NCBI GenBank assembly: GCA_034189385.1
Contig: JAXHVD010000039.1
Coordinates: 1-11,129 of the forward strand
DNA: 11,129 nt
DNA from: Thermodesulfobacteriota bacterium
GTDB taxonomy: Bacteria; Desulfobacterota; Desulfobacteria; Desulfobacterales; C00003060
Reading direction: 5' to 3'
Shown: positions 10,875 to 11,129 of the stretch, piece after piece
Numbering within the stretch: the stretch's first letter is position 1
How the letters are laid out: each line of letters begins with the position of its first letter
Program-made: the position numbers and the translations under genes
The notes under the pieces: generated by a model
Seen by the model: the letters and a program-made list of their open reading frames with translations, nothing else
Database searches by the model: none
Told to the model about the DNA's origin: nothing

Positions 10875-10889
10875 CTTGGGGAGCTCTTA

Positions 10890-11125
10890 TCGTAAGCGTC
10901 CAACCAACCCCATCTTCACAAGCCCATGGATGCGTGTCATGTTGAGCACTGATTCTTTTTTTGAGGAGGTGCGATGATGATAGATGGGCAAGATCATGGA
11001 GTGGATTCGTAAGCGTCCAACCAACCCCATCTTCACAAGCCCATGGATGCGTGTCATGTTGAGCACTGATTCTTTTTTTGAGGAGGTGCGATGATGATAG
11101 ATGGGCAAGATCATGGAGTGGATTC
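10890..11125. repeat. Perfect 117-bp tandem duplication
   Basis: 10890-11008 is identical to 11007-11125 (period 117). Confidence 0.95.
10892..11008 (+). mobile_element. IS66-family left end, first copy (117 bp, interrupted)
   Basis: Begins GTAAGCGTCCAACCAACCCC. Contains GAGGAGG RBS and ATG at 10974; the ORF MMIDGQDHGVDS ends at TAA 11010-11012, supplied by the next copy's terminus. Confidence 0.75.
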
Positions 11126-11129
11126 ACAA
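11009..11129 (+). mobile_element. IS66-family left end, second copy, running out of the window
   Basis: Same GTAAGCGTCC terminus, inverted match to 101-120; RBS and open ORF to the window end. Confidence 0.78.
11091..11129 (+). CDS. Probable first ORF (TnpA accessory protein) of the IS66 element, 5' fragment
   Basis: GAGGAGG at 11080-11086 then MMIDGQDHGVDSQ, open at the edge. Identity inferred from position only. Confidence 0.5.
   Translation, partial: MMIDGQDHGVDSQ

Noticed and set aside
10890..11125. CRISPR array
   Set aside because: Two contiguous identical 117-bp units with no spacers and no cas genes.
10708..11127. Minus-strand ORFs with 39-aa repeats (10708-11127, 10887-11114)
   Set aside because: By-products of the 117-bp duplication (a multiple of 3); they run antisense across IS66 ends and a terminator.

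Overview
Fragment of a bacterial surface-polysaccharide/envelope locus. The gene types and a sigma54-like promoter suggest a Desulfobacterota/deltaproteobacterium-type host (inference only). Four + strand cargo genes: an AsnB-type glutamine amidotransferase (212-2113), a GT2 glycosyltransferase (2161-3111), an APH/protein-kinase-like phosphotransferase (6593-7651) and a ~911-aa secreted modular protein (7971-10706) with a putative carbohydrate-active N-domain, Ig-like repeats and a DNRLRE-type module. The short gap between GT2 and the kinase holds a decayed IS3-family element, into which an intact 2200-bp IS21-family element (istAB) has inserted. The block is bracketed by IS66-family ends in the same orientation, which the ORF track misses: a tnpC C-terminus plus right end at 1-120, and a left end at 10892 that is repeated at 11009 (perfect 117-bp tandem). 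This suggests an IS66-bounded composite element or insertion hotspot. All family assignments are from motif recognition, not database searches.
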